Of a DNA stretch of 63,968 nt, positions 25,945 through 39,513 are shown piece after piece. The DNA comes from Octopus bimaculoides (Eukaryota). The notes beneath the pieces were generated by a model. That model saw only the letters and a list, made by a program, of their open reading frames with translations, ran no database searches and had not been told where the DNA came from. Location: the NCBI RefSeq assembly GCF_001194135.2, contig NC_068989.1, positions 37,718,883 to 37,782,850 of the forward strand. The letters are read 5' to 3'. The position numbers were made by a program, and so were the translations under genes. The stretch's first letter is position 1, and every line of letters starts with the position of its first letter.

Positions 25945-27126
25945 CTAGCAGTATAACCCGGCGCTGCTCGGGATTAAGCTAGGATTATTAAATGATTAAG
26001 TCCTTTATTTCAAACCAAAATAAGTAACATCGACTTCAGATTTGAGCGAAATCCGTTGAAATTGGTTTGGCTGAAAATGGTTTGCTGGCAATTTGATTGG
26101 GAAATCCCATAAGGAATCAGTTTATTGGTTATTTTCACTTATTGACTCTTTTTTTTTAATGTTGCATTAGAGATCTGCATAGGAGAAGGTTGATCTGAAG
26201 GTTTGCATTGNNNNNNNNNNNNNNNNNNNNNNNNNNNNNNNNNNNNNNNNNNNNNNNNNNNNNNNNNNNNNNNNNNNNNNNNNNNNNNNNNNNNNNNNNN
26301 NNNNNNNNNNNNNNNNNNNNNNNNNNNNNNNNNTCCCAAAGTAGTATATGTGCGTATGTGTGAGAGTGAAAGGGGGGAGAAAGATGAACGATTTAAAATA
26401 AATAAATGATTTAAAATAAATATATTTTAATTGTTATGTGAGAAAGTATATATAATCTTATTATAGAATATAGTGTCTTTCAAAAACATCTTATATTTGA
26501 AACTATATCTCATGTTTAAGAAAAGAAAATGCATTTTACTCTGTCTTCCTTAGCTACATTTTCTTTTGTAATACGCTTTGTCTCCCTCTTCCACTTGTTC
26601 GTTCCTTTTTTTTTTTTTTGATAGACGCTGTCTTGGTGAGAGGAATTTTTTTCCTTAGCCGCTTTGTCTCCCTCTTCCACTTTTTCATTTTTTTTTTTAG
26701 ACGCTTGGCAAACACTCTGTTTCTGATCCTTGTCACAAACACACTATTTCTTTCTTTCTCTCTTTTTTCTTTCTCTCTTTTTTCTTTCTCTCTCTCTTTC
26801 TTTCTTTCTCTCTCTCTTTCTTTCTTTCTCCCTCCCTTTCTTTATTTCTTTCTTTCTTTCTTTCTTTCTCTCTCTCTTGCTCTCTCTCTCCTTCACGCGC
26901 GTACGCACAGATTTGACTTCGCCATGTCAACAAACTTCAAAATTGGTAAAAGTTTATCGATTTTTACAGCTATACGCGGGTGCCTCTGTGAGAAAAAGTT
27001 GACAAAAACACAGATAGGGTCATGAACAATGTCCTCCTAAAATTGGAGCGACATGTGTGCTAATTTGTGGACGTGCATAACCCACGTTCACGTACACACA
27101 CACACAAACATCTTCTGTTTTATAGA
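25945..27126 (-). mobile_element. Non-autonomous Helitron-type element (spans a gap)
   Basis: On the minus strand it starts with TC (27126) and ends with CTAG (25945). It has a subterminal CCCG-n8-CGGG hairpin, an A|T target and internal TC-rich repeats. Confidence 0.65.
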
Positions 27127-27924
27127 TATTGTTAACTTGGAGCTGAACTGCAACAATAACCAAAACCTATGAACCGTAGTTTCTCTCCCACTATTAATCT
27201 CGGAGATTTTGCACTAATGTCATAGGTGAAACTTCCACTTCTTACCCATAAAAATAAAAACAACAAATATTTAATAACGGCCTCTACAGCTGAAATTAAT
27301 ATTAATTGCTGTTACCACAGGTCATCCCTTGTTTATGGTCAAAAGATATCTTAGCCGTGACCATCAGTACAAGACCTCATACATCATGAAGACTCAATGA
27401 AATTAACTGCAGTACTAGACCCCGAAGGACGAAAGGTGAAGTCATCCTCAAGTTATTTGAATACAGAGTGTAATACATTGCAAGTTATTTAAATGGACAA
27501 AGGTTCTATAATAATGGAAATTTCTAACATTGACACAATCATAAATTTATGGCTTGGGGGACTTTTAACTTTTATCGACTCTGTTATAGCCACCCTCGGT
27601 AGGGTTTGAACTCGGAATCTAAATGGATGCAACTAGATAGTGTAAGACAGTTTGTCAGGTGCACCACTTGTCCTTTTAAATAAAAACAATCAGACCAACG
27701 AAGACAATCGACCTGCTCGAAAACAGTAGCCAAATCTCGAACATAAAAAAAAATTACAAATTACTTTGTGCAACAAAAGTTGAATCCTATTTTTTTTTGT
27801 TAGTAATTTATACTTTATCGCATAGCCTTGGAAGAACTTTCTGGACTCACAGCTATATTTAACCATTCTTATAGTATCTTGAACTATGTGCTCAGTTTCC
27901 CTTGATGCATTAATGTCTGCTTAC

Positions 27925-27995
27925 ATTTGGAGAACTGTAACAAACTGGAACATCAGAACCTCGTCTCTGACGCTTGGAAGATTTCGTGGACTTTG
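27925..27995 (-). CDS. Candidate exon of an unidentified gene (71 nt)
   Basis: tag| acceptor and |gtaagc donor. Open in phase 1 (KSTKSSKRQRRGSDVPVCYSSPN) and in phase 0. Confidence 0.2.
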
Positions 27996-28792
27996 CTATA
28001 TTTCATGTTACAAGTTCCAATTCCAGATATATGTAAGTTTTAGACATAATGAAATTATCACTGAGACATGAAATTAATGAATAGAGAATGCAATTATGTA
28101 TGCATATTATGACTAATGAAATATTTTACATAATATAAGAGAAACAAGCGTGCGTAAAGCTGAACCAAGTATTACTGCCCTAAATCAAATTAATATAATT
28201 TATTCTTGCCATGCACTGATACTGTCTGTTGTGATATAAACACACATCTAATTGCTTCATGAACTTCTGATAATATACAACCACCTCAAAATATCTGTAT
28301 TGAATTTACGATAGTCTAGTAGTGGGCCACTGGTATTATGTATTGCAAAGCCATGTTTAAGTTTCTTTACATTTTTTATTATGAGGTCGTTATACTCTAT
28401 TATTAAGAGTAATTTGAGTTCAAATTTGCCGAGGCTGCCTTTGAATTTCATCCTTTCGGAGTCGATAAAATAAGTCCCTGTTAATCACAGGTAATCAACT
28501 TAACCCCTCCCCGAAATTGCCGGTCTTGTGTCAAAATTCGAAACCATTATTAGGTTTTATCAAAAGAAATTATCGTTTTCTTTTTCTGTTTCCTGTTATA
28601 AAGATGTTGCGGGAAGAAAACAAAAAGAAGAAACTATCTGGGTAAGACAAAAAAAAAGTAAAAATAATAATGAATTATTCGACAAATCGAGTAAAAGAAT
28701 TGTCAAAATATGTGAAATGGGTTGCCTATTTTCACTCAGCAGGCACACAACATTTGCTACACCAGAGATGGAGCCCCTTTAAAACTTGCTAC

Positions 28793-28841
28793 CTGCCTTC
28801 AGCTAAGGAAAGAAAGAAGGATCTAGCCGTTAGGGTTGCAC
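28793..28841 (-). CDS. Candidate exon of an unidentified gene
   Basis: ttcttctacag| acceptor. Phase-1 frame GATLTARSFFLSLAEG. GT donor after 28793 or GC donor after 28797. Confidence 0.2.
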
Positions 28842-30725
28842 CTGTAGAAGAACTCTCTAATGACTTAGCATCTAACTCTCGATCAATGGATTAGAAACCG
28901 TACTCTGGTTGCTTCGCCTGGTTGTAAAGTGGAGCTTAGAAAAGATTACTTCAACAAACTGTCCTTGATGGGACAAAAATCACACAATAGGATTATATGC
29001 TATCATTGACATGTACTCGTATACGAAATACTCAACAGAACCTCTTGTGATGTCCCTTGTCAGCCAAAACTTACCGATAATTCCAACGATTTTCCAATTC
29101 AGAACATTTCAGTGCTGTTACAGATTGTTTTATTGTCTGGATTAGCATAGTTTCCATTGAATTAATTTCCTCGGTTGCTTACTAAGGTAAACTATAAGGC
29201 AAGAGATAACTTTACAAACACGAAACCTGGACGAACAAGGCTGCTGTAGTTGCAGTATATATGTTTTATGTTGTTTTGTTTTCACTTTGTTTACAATAAT
29301 AAAAATTTAAAAAATTGAATAACGCTTTTTCTGTAATTGTGTTTTTATTTTAAACATAATATATAGATCTATGAGGTTACAGCTAAAAGTCTTTATTTTT
29401 AATTGTGTTTTAAATGCATATTTGTGCTCTCATTTTGAATACAAAATACCAGTGACGAATGAATTTGAAATTATCTACTACGTATCCAGACGCCGTTTTT
29501 TTTTATGTGCCTGCTGATCTTTAAGAAACTGGTCACACTCTATAATATATACCACCTGGAAAATATATATTTCTGGCCATTCAAGGTTGACCTAGGGTTG
29601 AAGAACAATACTAATTTTCTTACAAAACCCATGATAGTCGAGTCACAGAAATAATCAACATTAACAAGAAGAAACACAAATGGCGAGAGTTTGACCGTTT
29701 CAGTGGCTTTGTTCACTTTTGTTGTAAGACAGTGTTCTACTTGGGCGAATTTGGTTCTCTCTTATTCGTTCTGTTCCATTGATTCCGACAATTTCATCAA
29801 CTCATTAACCAAAGTAGAATGGTGGCGAGACGGAAACAAGACAAAACAAAATTCTTATATGTGTGTCTTATTTTCTAACTCCCCACCCATTCTCTCTCTT
29901 TCTCTCTATCGAGAACACACAGACAGTGTTACCCTTGTTCCTGCTCTCATTCTCCCTCTCCGTCTCTTTCCACGAGTCCTCCCCCCTCCCCCTCTCTCTC
30001 TCTCTCTTTACTCTTTGTCATGAATACGCACTGTCTCTCTTTCCACCTCTCTCTCCCAGTTTTCCTATCTCTCTTTCATGAACACACACACTTCCTAGTT
30101 TATCCAGACTCTTCCCCCCCCCCTCTCTCTCTTAGTCTTCCTCTCTCCCTGTCTCAGTCCTCTCCTCTTTCAGTTTTCTCTTTCTTTCAGATTTACCCTC
30201 ACCTCAATTCTCTCTTCCCACCCCCTCCGCTGCTTTCTCCTTGTTTGTCTGCTTGTCTGGCTCACTCTCTTTCTCTTAAATACACACACTCAAATTCACA
30301 CGTACACACACCTGTTCTTCCTACACTAACTTTCAGCTATAAGTAACTAAGTTGTAAGTATTTCCGAACTCGAAATCTCTCCGCTTCATTGGAGAGAGTA
30401 GAAAAAAAGTAAACAAAAATAAATATAAGTAAAAAAAAAAAAAAAAAAAATTATATAAAAATCATTCAAAGAAAAAAACAAGCAAAAAAAAAAACGTGAA
30501 CACTAATATGGCATCTTTGCAGAAATCTTTGGCATTGACGTTTGATTGGTCAGATCGAAGGTGGTATAGGGTGTTGGTCGGAGTGGAAGTGAAGTATGTA
30601 GAACTGACATAGAATTTGCATCAGCAACAATAACAACAATAATAACCGCTGAGATAAAAGAAATAAATAATAATGAACAATAAAAATGACCAAAGAATAC
30701 AAATAATCTTTACAGGAAGCAAAAT

Positions 30726-30786
<61 letters not shown>

Positions 30787-31461
30787 CACGCGCGCGTATA
30801 CAAATACATATCTTCAAATGTGTGTGTGTATGCGTGTGTTCGCATATAAGATATATACATATATATATATACATACATACATGGACATTATGTATTGTAT
30901 AAAATGTATGTGTATGTATATGTTGCATGTATATATGTATGTGTGTGGGTGTACATATATACACACATGTGTATATATACATCTATATATATATGTGTGT
31001 GCGTGTGTTCGCATATAAGATATATATATATATATATATATACATACATGGACATTATGTATAGTGCATAAATGTATGTGTATATGTATATGTTGCATGT
31101 ATATATATGTGTGTGTGTGTGTGTGTATCAGCACAGCCGGCGGTGTCTCATGTATATATATCTATATATATATATATATATATATATNNNNNNNNNNNNN
31201 NNNNNNNNNNNNNNNNNNNNNNNNNNNNNNNNNNNNNNNNNNNNNNNNNNNNNNNNNNNNNNNNNNNNNNNNNNNNNNNNNNNNNNNNNNNNNNNNNNNN
31301 NNNNNNNNNNNNNNNNNNNNNNNNNNNNNNNNNNNNNNNNNTATATAAAGACTGAGTATGTTTACATACATATTGTATGTGATGTGTGAGTGTTATTTAT
31401 ACGCGTAAGACAGCCATTTTAATATGGACTTAAATCAAAGATCCTCTCTATTCTTGTGTAC

Positions 31462-31686
31462 CGTGTTGACAGATCAGTGAGGCGTGGACTGGATTACATC
31501 GATACTCTATCATACAACCAATTGAAGCGGCATCGGTGAGCCTCGGTGGAATTGCCGGTCTTCGTTGAAATGCGCTTTCGACCGTGTTAACACTTTCTAA
31601 TACCAACCGCCTATTGATCTTCGATTTCGACCGCCAACCACCACCTCTACTTTGTCTATTGGCCATCAAAAACTTAATCAGGAAAC
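31462..31686 (-). CDS. Candidate 225-nt symmetric (phase 1-1) coding exon, product unknown
   Basis: CpG-richer island inside an open frame of about 120 codons. tttcag| acceptor and |gtacac donor. Encodes FLIKFLMANRQSRGGGWRSK...GCMIEYRCNPVHASLICQH. Confidence 0.35.
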
Positions 31687-32994
31687 CTGAAACGGTATCG
31701 AAAATTGTAAGCAATTCTATTGATGCTGGGGAAGGAGCGCTGATGAATATGTTTGCGATGGTAGTAGTAGTAGTAAGGAATATTGAATGATGTAGGTGTT
31801 GGAATAGTAGGGGTGCTGGTTACTAGAGTATGTTAGGATTATTGGTGATTGTATTTCGGACAGGTATAGTACGTTTGGGGAGTTACAGTAATTATGATTA
31901 ATGGAGTTAGTGTTTAGGGGTCGATATGGTCGAATTAGGGGATTTATTATAATGACAGTGGTGATATTACTGTGAGTAATAATATCGATTTTCTTTTAAC
32001 AGAGGCACAAGGCTACTAAATGTGAGAAACACGTATATAATCAATTATATTGACTCCAGAAAGTAAAAAAGAAAAAAAGAAAAAAACGCCGGCGGTATTT
32101 TGGATAAGATGCGCCAGGTCTTATAAGAAAGGAGAAGTTTACAGAAGTCGGGTGGAGAGGGGTATGCTAAAGACATTGAATAAAAATAAAAAAATAAAAA
32201 AATAATTTTTAGAATCGTAATTTCCGTTGTATGAACCATCGGAATACTATAAAATTAGGAAAAAATTTTTTTTGTCCATGAAGTATTGGGTCTCTGATCT
32301 GAAACTCCGCCAAAATTACAGGCACATTAAAAAAAAATTTGAAGACTATTACATACATTTTTTTATTCATCATATTAGTGAACAACAAATTTCTGAAATA
32401 AACACATTTTTCAAGACAATCATTTGTATAGATTTTGTAAACCCTCAAAATGCATGGTACACTGCTCGAGAACCACTGCATGACACATACAACTGTAAGC
32501 AGCAGAAGCACAGTTAGTGACAGCAGAAGCACAATTGCTATTAAAGGTTTATGCCACGTATGACCAAGTTTTTGTTCAAAGATCTTTAGCCCCAAGATAT
32601 GAAACTAAGTTGGTGATTATACTGCATTTTCTGACAGGCAATTCTCTCAGTACCTACAATGTTTCTATATGCCTATAAGATTTTTGTGGTAGCCTCCGCG
32701 GAAATTAGCAACGTCGACTCAGTGAGCAAGCTACAGGTACTTTTCAGTTCACGTATACGTTTACTGGTGATGTTCATCCCAGCCTGTTACCACGTAACAG
32801 CTATTTCGGGTTCTTTATCGCAAACTAACAGAGACACCCAGCGTTGCAGGGATTAAGGTAGCATAGTTTTTATTATTCTTTTACTTGTTTCAGTCATTTA
32901 AGTGTAGCCATGCTGGAGCATCGCCTTTAGTCGAACAAATCAACCCCAAGTCTTATTCTTTTTAAGTCTATTACTTATGTTATATGTACATATA

Positions 32995-34252
32995 GCATAA
33001 GAAAGTCATTATCTTCAAGGAACGCAATTAGTTTCTTCTTGACACTGCGCTCCATGACCTTGCCGACATGGGAAGTTAGAGAGACAGGTCTATAATTCTT
33101 AGCATCTGCTCTGCTAAATCCCTTCTGGATAGGGCATATAATGCCTTCCTTTAACTTTTTGGGAAGTCTTCCTGTTGTGAGGAAGTTCTGGAAGAGAATC
33201 TGAAGTGGTCTAGCTAGAGCCCCTTTGCATTTCTTTTGGAGAACTGCTGGGAATCCATCAGATCCTGTTGCTGAGTTTGAGCTCATCTCATCAATGGCTG
33301 ATATCACATCAGTTTCCTCTATTTTGATGCTGTCAATAATTGCCATTTCGTTGTGTAGATCTGCAGAGACAAAGAACTCATCAGGCATAGCTACTTGCAA
33401 GGGTCCCAGTGGAATGGTAGAAGCACTCTTGTATTGCACTTTCAGTATTTCACTGATCCTCCGGGGGTCTACAGTCGGTGAGCCATTTTCTTCAACTAGT
33501 GGCCCTATTTTGCACCGCACTGAAGCAGATTTTTTGCATATCTATAGAAGACTTTAGGGTTTGTCTTGATATTTTGTCACCCCAACATTATGGATGAGCG
33601 CCGTGTTGTTCGTGAAACAGAGGTCCAGAAAATTTTTCCCCTAGAGCACTATTTGCTACATAAAGAGCATGCTAGTGAGGTCAAGCAGAGATTCTGCCTG
33701 CCTCAGGCCATGCAGTGACATAGCTAAGAGAAGGTGGCTCTCAGGCCATTCGACATAAGGGAGGTTGAAATCCCCTAAAAAAAGTATGTGCAGGCTGTCA
33801 TCCAGGTTGGTTAATACTTCTTTCATTTCTTAGAGGCTCTCTTCAAATGAATCCCCATGATTTGAAGCATCTGGTGGGCAATACAAGGTACATATTACTG
33901 GTTTCATCTGTTTAATGTGTACCACGAAAGTGTCACAGACTGAGTTTGAGTGTGACAACAGGACTACAGGCGTGAAATCTTCCCGGATGTACATTGCCAC
34001 TCCACCATGAGTCCTTTCTCTCCTGTCAGTTCGAAACCCAACATACCATACCATGGTATGTGTATCTCAGCATCTGATACATCCACATTCAGATGTGTTT
34101 CTGTTAGTGACACGCATATTGCTTGATTACATGTCACTAAGTCTCTCAGGTACTGTGTTTTGCGTAGTTGGAACGTTACGAGGCTCCTGATGTTCAGCAA
34201 GAGTGCTGGTGTGACATGTAGAGTGTCGGTAGTGGCCACTGGTCTGACATGC
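32995..34252 (-). mobile_element. CR1/Jockey-group LINE fragment: APE endonuclease plus 5' part of RT, internally deleted
   Basis: APE motifs LNIRSL, LTETHL, GGVAMY, GDFNLP and LDLCFTN. RT motifs SATGSDGFP and NYRPVSLTSHVGKVME. Contains stops and frameshifts. Confidence 0.9.
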
Positions 34253-35444
34253 GCATATATATATATNNNNNNNNNNNNNNNNNNNNNNNNNNNNNNNNNN
34301 NNNNNNNNNNNNNNNNNNNNNNNNNNNNNNNNNNNNNNNNNNNNNNNNNNNNNNNNNNNNNNNNNNNNNNNNNNNNNNNNNNNNNNNNNNNNNNNNNNNN
34401 NNNNNNNNNNNNNNNNNNNNNNNNNNNNNNNATATATACATGTATATATATACATATATATACCCACCAGAAAATAATTTTTTAAAAATTAGAATATTGA
34501 CTATTTAAAGAAAGCTAAAATATAAATACTTACTGTACAAACAACTTGTATTATTGAATTCACATTCACTTAAAAATATTTCTAAATGATTAAAATATTG
34601 TGTTTAACAAAAGCGAAAATAGAAACATTTACTGTAAAAACAACTCGTATTGTTTGGTTGGTAAGGTAAAGTGACTAAAACTTTTGCCCAGGTCGTGAAG
34701 TTTGTCTTCAAAAGACAGAAGACATTGATCATAATGTCTCTAATCGAAAGGTTATAGTTTCTTCCCTTCCAGAGTTTTGTTGCTTTCGGAGTATTTTCCC
34801 ATTATGCACTGTTTTGGGTATTTATGAATACCTCCAAACCGCCCCATATCTCAGGAATCCGTGGTCCGATTTACGCGAAATTTGTTTTATTCCGTTTGTA
34901 TTCACATTTTAGGGGTGTTTTAATTCGTAGTATTTTCCCATTATGCGCCAGTTTAACTGTGTTAAATGACAGACAAGCAAGCAATCTGAGAGTTTTAGTA
35001 GTATATAGATGGTGGTAGTTGCAGATGTAATCTAATGTTAGTAGGGGTTCTAGCAATGGTGCTGATAATGGTAGTTTTTGTAACAGTGGTGGCAATGGTG
35101 GTAGTTATATTGATAATTATGGCGGCGATCCTGATGGTAGGAGTTGTTGCAATGATAGTGTAAACTGTAGTAGTGTGGTAGTGGTGGTAGTGGTTTTACT
35201 TACACTGCACTGCCATTACGGTGGTGGTGGTGACGGTGACAGTAGTGGCTTAGTTGGTAAAATAATGGTGTTCTCGTATGGATATATCATATCTCATGCA
35301 TTTATTGTTGTGTTCTCTATTCAGCATACCAAACGACAGATCAAATGTTTCTTTGAAACGCTTCCTTCCTTTATATTCTTTGAAAATTATCTTTGTTTTA
35401 TATTCTTTAGGGAATTTGCCATATACCTACTTATATGTTCATGA

Positions 35445-35485
<41 letters not shown>

Positions 35486-36288
35486 GTGTGTGTGTCTGTA
35501 TGCATATACATGTCTGTATATGTATATATATGTGTGTAGACACGTATATATATACATATATGTGTTTTTGTGTTAGTATATATGTGTGCGTGTGCGTGAG
35601 TGTGTGTGTGTGTGCGTGAGTGTGTGTATGTGTGTGTGTGCGTGAGTGTGTGTATGTGTGTGTGTGCGTGAGTGTGTGTGTGTGTTTATAATCTTTGCGC
35701 ATATATACGTGTGTATATATGTATGTATATTATGTATGTAAATTCATGCATTGTAAATTATTGACTAGTTGATATAGTGATTCAAGATAGTACATTTTTT
35801 ATCTTTCAAAGAAACAAAAGATTGTTGTTGACAAAGTTGAAAAGTAGTGTCATGTATAAAACATAAATCAAAAGTACGTTTAAACCGATTACTAAGAATG
35901 GTTTATGATTTTGGAGACTCATGCACCATTCAATAGCTGTGAATTCTTTATCAATTGGTTGTAGATACTTTCTTCGTATTTGGATGAGGCATTCACCTCA
36001 TTCACGATATCTGTTTTTGTGAGGAGTCTAAGTGTTCCGAATCAGAAGATAATGTCTGATCTATTGTTTGAACAGAATTTTTAGTGAAATAACTAAATGT
36101 CTGAAATGAAATCTTATTGTTATTTCAACTATAAAACTACGGTCATGCTGAAGCACCGCCTTCAAAGGTTATTAACCGAACATATATATATAAACCGCAG
36201 TACTCAACTTTATTGATCCCTATATTTCAAACGACCCTAGTTGCCTTTTGATACAATGAGACAACACTCGACGCATCGTTTCATACTT

Positions 36289-36417
<129 letters not shown>

Positions 36418-37570
36418 TTGACTGACATGGATCTGGGATTCCCAGATAGCTAGTTTTTTCCACTGCCGTTTATACTGTCAGGCGTCTAGGCCATTCTGGG
36501 ACAGTTGGACAAGGTATTTCCTGAACAATTGAACAGGATTATTCTTATAGTGTGCAATGTTCTCTTACTTTTAATGACATTTAACTGAAATATATATCAA
36601 AACATATTTACAACAAAATGACATAAACAAAATTAAAAATATAGAGAGAACAAATTATAACAAATAAAATTAAAAATTGTGTGTATTAGTTAAATGCTAA
36701 AGGGATTTCTTAATCACTCGGTACACATTCATCAAACTTCCGCACAATTTCCGCCTACCAAATTCTACTTGTTGGGAAGTTATTTGCCAACCCAAGGTTA
36801 CAGTACAAGAGCTGCATAGAGGAATGGAACATCACATGATTGTGAAACAAACTTGACCGTAGGGTTATTTGAACTATTAACCTCATTTATAGAGATGAGC
36901 ATTTAAAAAATATTTGTATCCACACTAGGCAGAAATATTGTGGTGTAAGCACCGTGACATAGTTTTTATATTTATAGAGGAGATGAGGAATAGTTACAAT
37001 TTTAAATTATGGAGACTTGCTACTAATAGTTTCACATTTAGCCCTTTTATTAATGCATTTCCTTTCTTCAATAGCTCTCTATAACATATTTATTACATCA
37101 TCACATCAACCAGGAAGGTAAAACCTCGTATAATGTTTTTAAGTAGCAGATGAAGGTAAAGTTGATAACTTCTGCATGAAGTGATACAACCAGAATTTCC
37201 AGTTATATCACAGTAGTTATGAAACATTTAATATATATTTATATACATATTCAATGGCTCTTCACATCCAAGATAATGGAGGTGTGGGAGCCTTTCTGAT
37301 TGCGATGAAGATATACTTGTAATAAGTCTCAAGAGAATCTACCCTCACTTTTTGCTATGTTCTTATCTTCTAATTGTTGGGATACATCGCCACATGTAAC
37401 TTACTGTATATAAGCTGAATGTTTCTTTTCTACATTTCTATTGATGATAGATTGTCCAACCGCATACGTTGTTCAGTTATCTCCATATGTGAAGTGTTTT
37501 AAGTAGTTTCTCTGTTTAACTTGTATTCGATTTATTTACTAAAAGTGACATGTTCAATATATCAATACAG

Positions 37571-37657
37571 AAGTTCAAGCCGGACATCAACCGCATCAAG
37601 TTAATGAAAATGTCTGGGAAGAAGTGCAAAAGTCCTGGATGCCACTTGCCTCCTCAG
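37571..37657 (+). CDS. Candidate 87-nt exon, product unknown
   Basis: Bounded by ag| and |gt, GC-richer than its flanks, and open in two phases (KFKPDINRIKLMKM... or EVQAGHQPH...). The donor is weak. Confidence 0.2.
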
Positions 37658-38650
37658 GTCAAATAACTGAAATTTTTTTTTTTTTAAGAAAAAAAGTCGG
37701 TGACTTGCTGTGCTTTTATAATCTTTAGTTTGATGCTCCGTGATTTTGAATTAATTTCCTGCTAACAAAGACCTTTTTATTGGTGCTGGACCTAATAACA
37801 TTATGAATACAACAATCGACCGACTCTATTCTCCTTCAGTCTTTCTTTCTCTTCGTCCTCCCACCTCCCTATCCTTTATGCAAGCTATTTGTGCCTTGTT
37901 AAAACAAAAATCAATACATTCATGTCAGCCCTCACTGTTAGTAGGTTTTTTTTTCCTTGAATACACTTGATCTTTTGTCAGCATGAATCAAATTTTGTCA
38001 ATTAAAGATTAATATATATTTTCCCATTGCGACAGTTGTTTAGGCGGCTAACCGAATTAAATGCCTCACAGAACGGGGTTTGGTTTATCCCACTAAGTTT
38101 TGAATTAAAAATCCCCCACAAGATAGTCATTTACGTTTCTTTCCTCCAAAGTCAATAAAAATAATCACCACCCAGTCGATTCAATCAACTTTACCTTCTC
38201 TTCTCAAACTGGTTACTTTGTACCAATGCTGAAGGTCAACATAACCCTCTGAGTAATCCAACAGCGAAAGTGCAAAACGGATTTGCACAAAGCCTGCTGC
38301 AGCTAATAACAATGGCCTGTGTTTAGATTTCGCTACGTCTAGTATATCAAATTATCTGCACAAGAGGTTTATTCAAATTGGAATAGATTTGTGCATAGTC
38401 CATCCTACTGTATATATTCTAGCAGAAGGTGAATACTTGATGTAAGTATTCGCGATGGAATATTTTTGCTAAGAAATAAACAGTACTGCTCAAAACATAA
38501 TCAACGTATTCATAAATTCTATGTATCCGTTTACATTCCCTTTACCAAACATCAACTTTGGTGGTTTCAATGTGAAGTCCCTCTGTGATCTAGACTGATT
38601 TTACGAACAATGCTTTGGAGTCTGAATTGTTCTGTTTTTATAATACAATT

Positions 38651-39513
38651 GACGGGGTACCCAAAAGATACCGGAATTTTGCAATATTATTTTTTTCACT
38701 TAGTTTTACATGTTTAAACTTTTATCACCTTTAAAGTATCCTCCATTTGAAGTAATGCATGGGTCCAGTTGCGTTTTCCACTGTTCGAAGCACTCCTAGA
38801 ACTCTTGTGAAGTGATACCTTTTAACGACTCGTTTTTTTTTCTTTCTTTGTTTTCACCTTTTCTACATCTGCAAAATGTTTTCCTTTAAGGACTTTTTTC
38901 ATTCGGGGAAACAAAAAAATGTTGCAGGGAGCAAGATCGGGTGTCTAAAAAGGGTGGGTAAACGGGGTCATGCTATTTTTGGTCAAAAACTGTCACACTC
39001 AAAGTGGTGTGCGAAGGGGTATTGTTGTGACGAAAGCACCACTCTCCACTTTGCCACTCGTCGGGGCGTTTTCGTCTCGCCGTGTATTGCAAACGCTTAA
39101 GAACTGCCAAATAAAATGTCTGGTTCACAGTTGACCAGGAGGAACAAACACTGTGTGGACAATTCTTTTTGCATCGATGAAACAAATCAGCATCGTCTTG
39201 ACATTGGACTTCACTTTTCGACACACTTTTTGGGGGTGCGGTGACATTGAATACTTTCGTTGACTTGATTGCTGCTTCGCTTCCGGATTGTAGCCGTTGC
39301 ACTAGCTTTCATCACCAGTGATGACCTTCGAAAAAAGATTCGGATCAACTTCCAGCTGTTCTTTCAGTTCACGACACGCATTCAGTCGTGACTGCTTTTG
39401 ATCTTTCGTGAGCAAGTGTGGCACAATTTTTGCTGCAACTCTTTTCTTTCACAATTCATCGATCAAAATTCGTTGGTAGGAGCTCCAGGACACACCAGTA
39501 ATATCAACAAATC
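38651..39513 (-). mobile_element. Mariner (Tc1/mariner) transposase pseudogene, 5'-truncated, with 3' TIR
   Basis: RVAAKIVP, ITGDES*, VNQTFYL...RHNNTPSH and ITSNGGYFKGD, with a TIR-like end at 38651. Confidence 0.9.
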
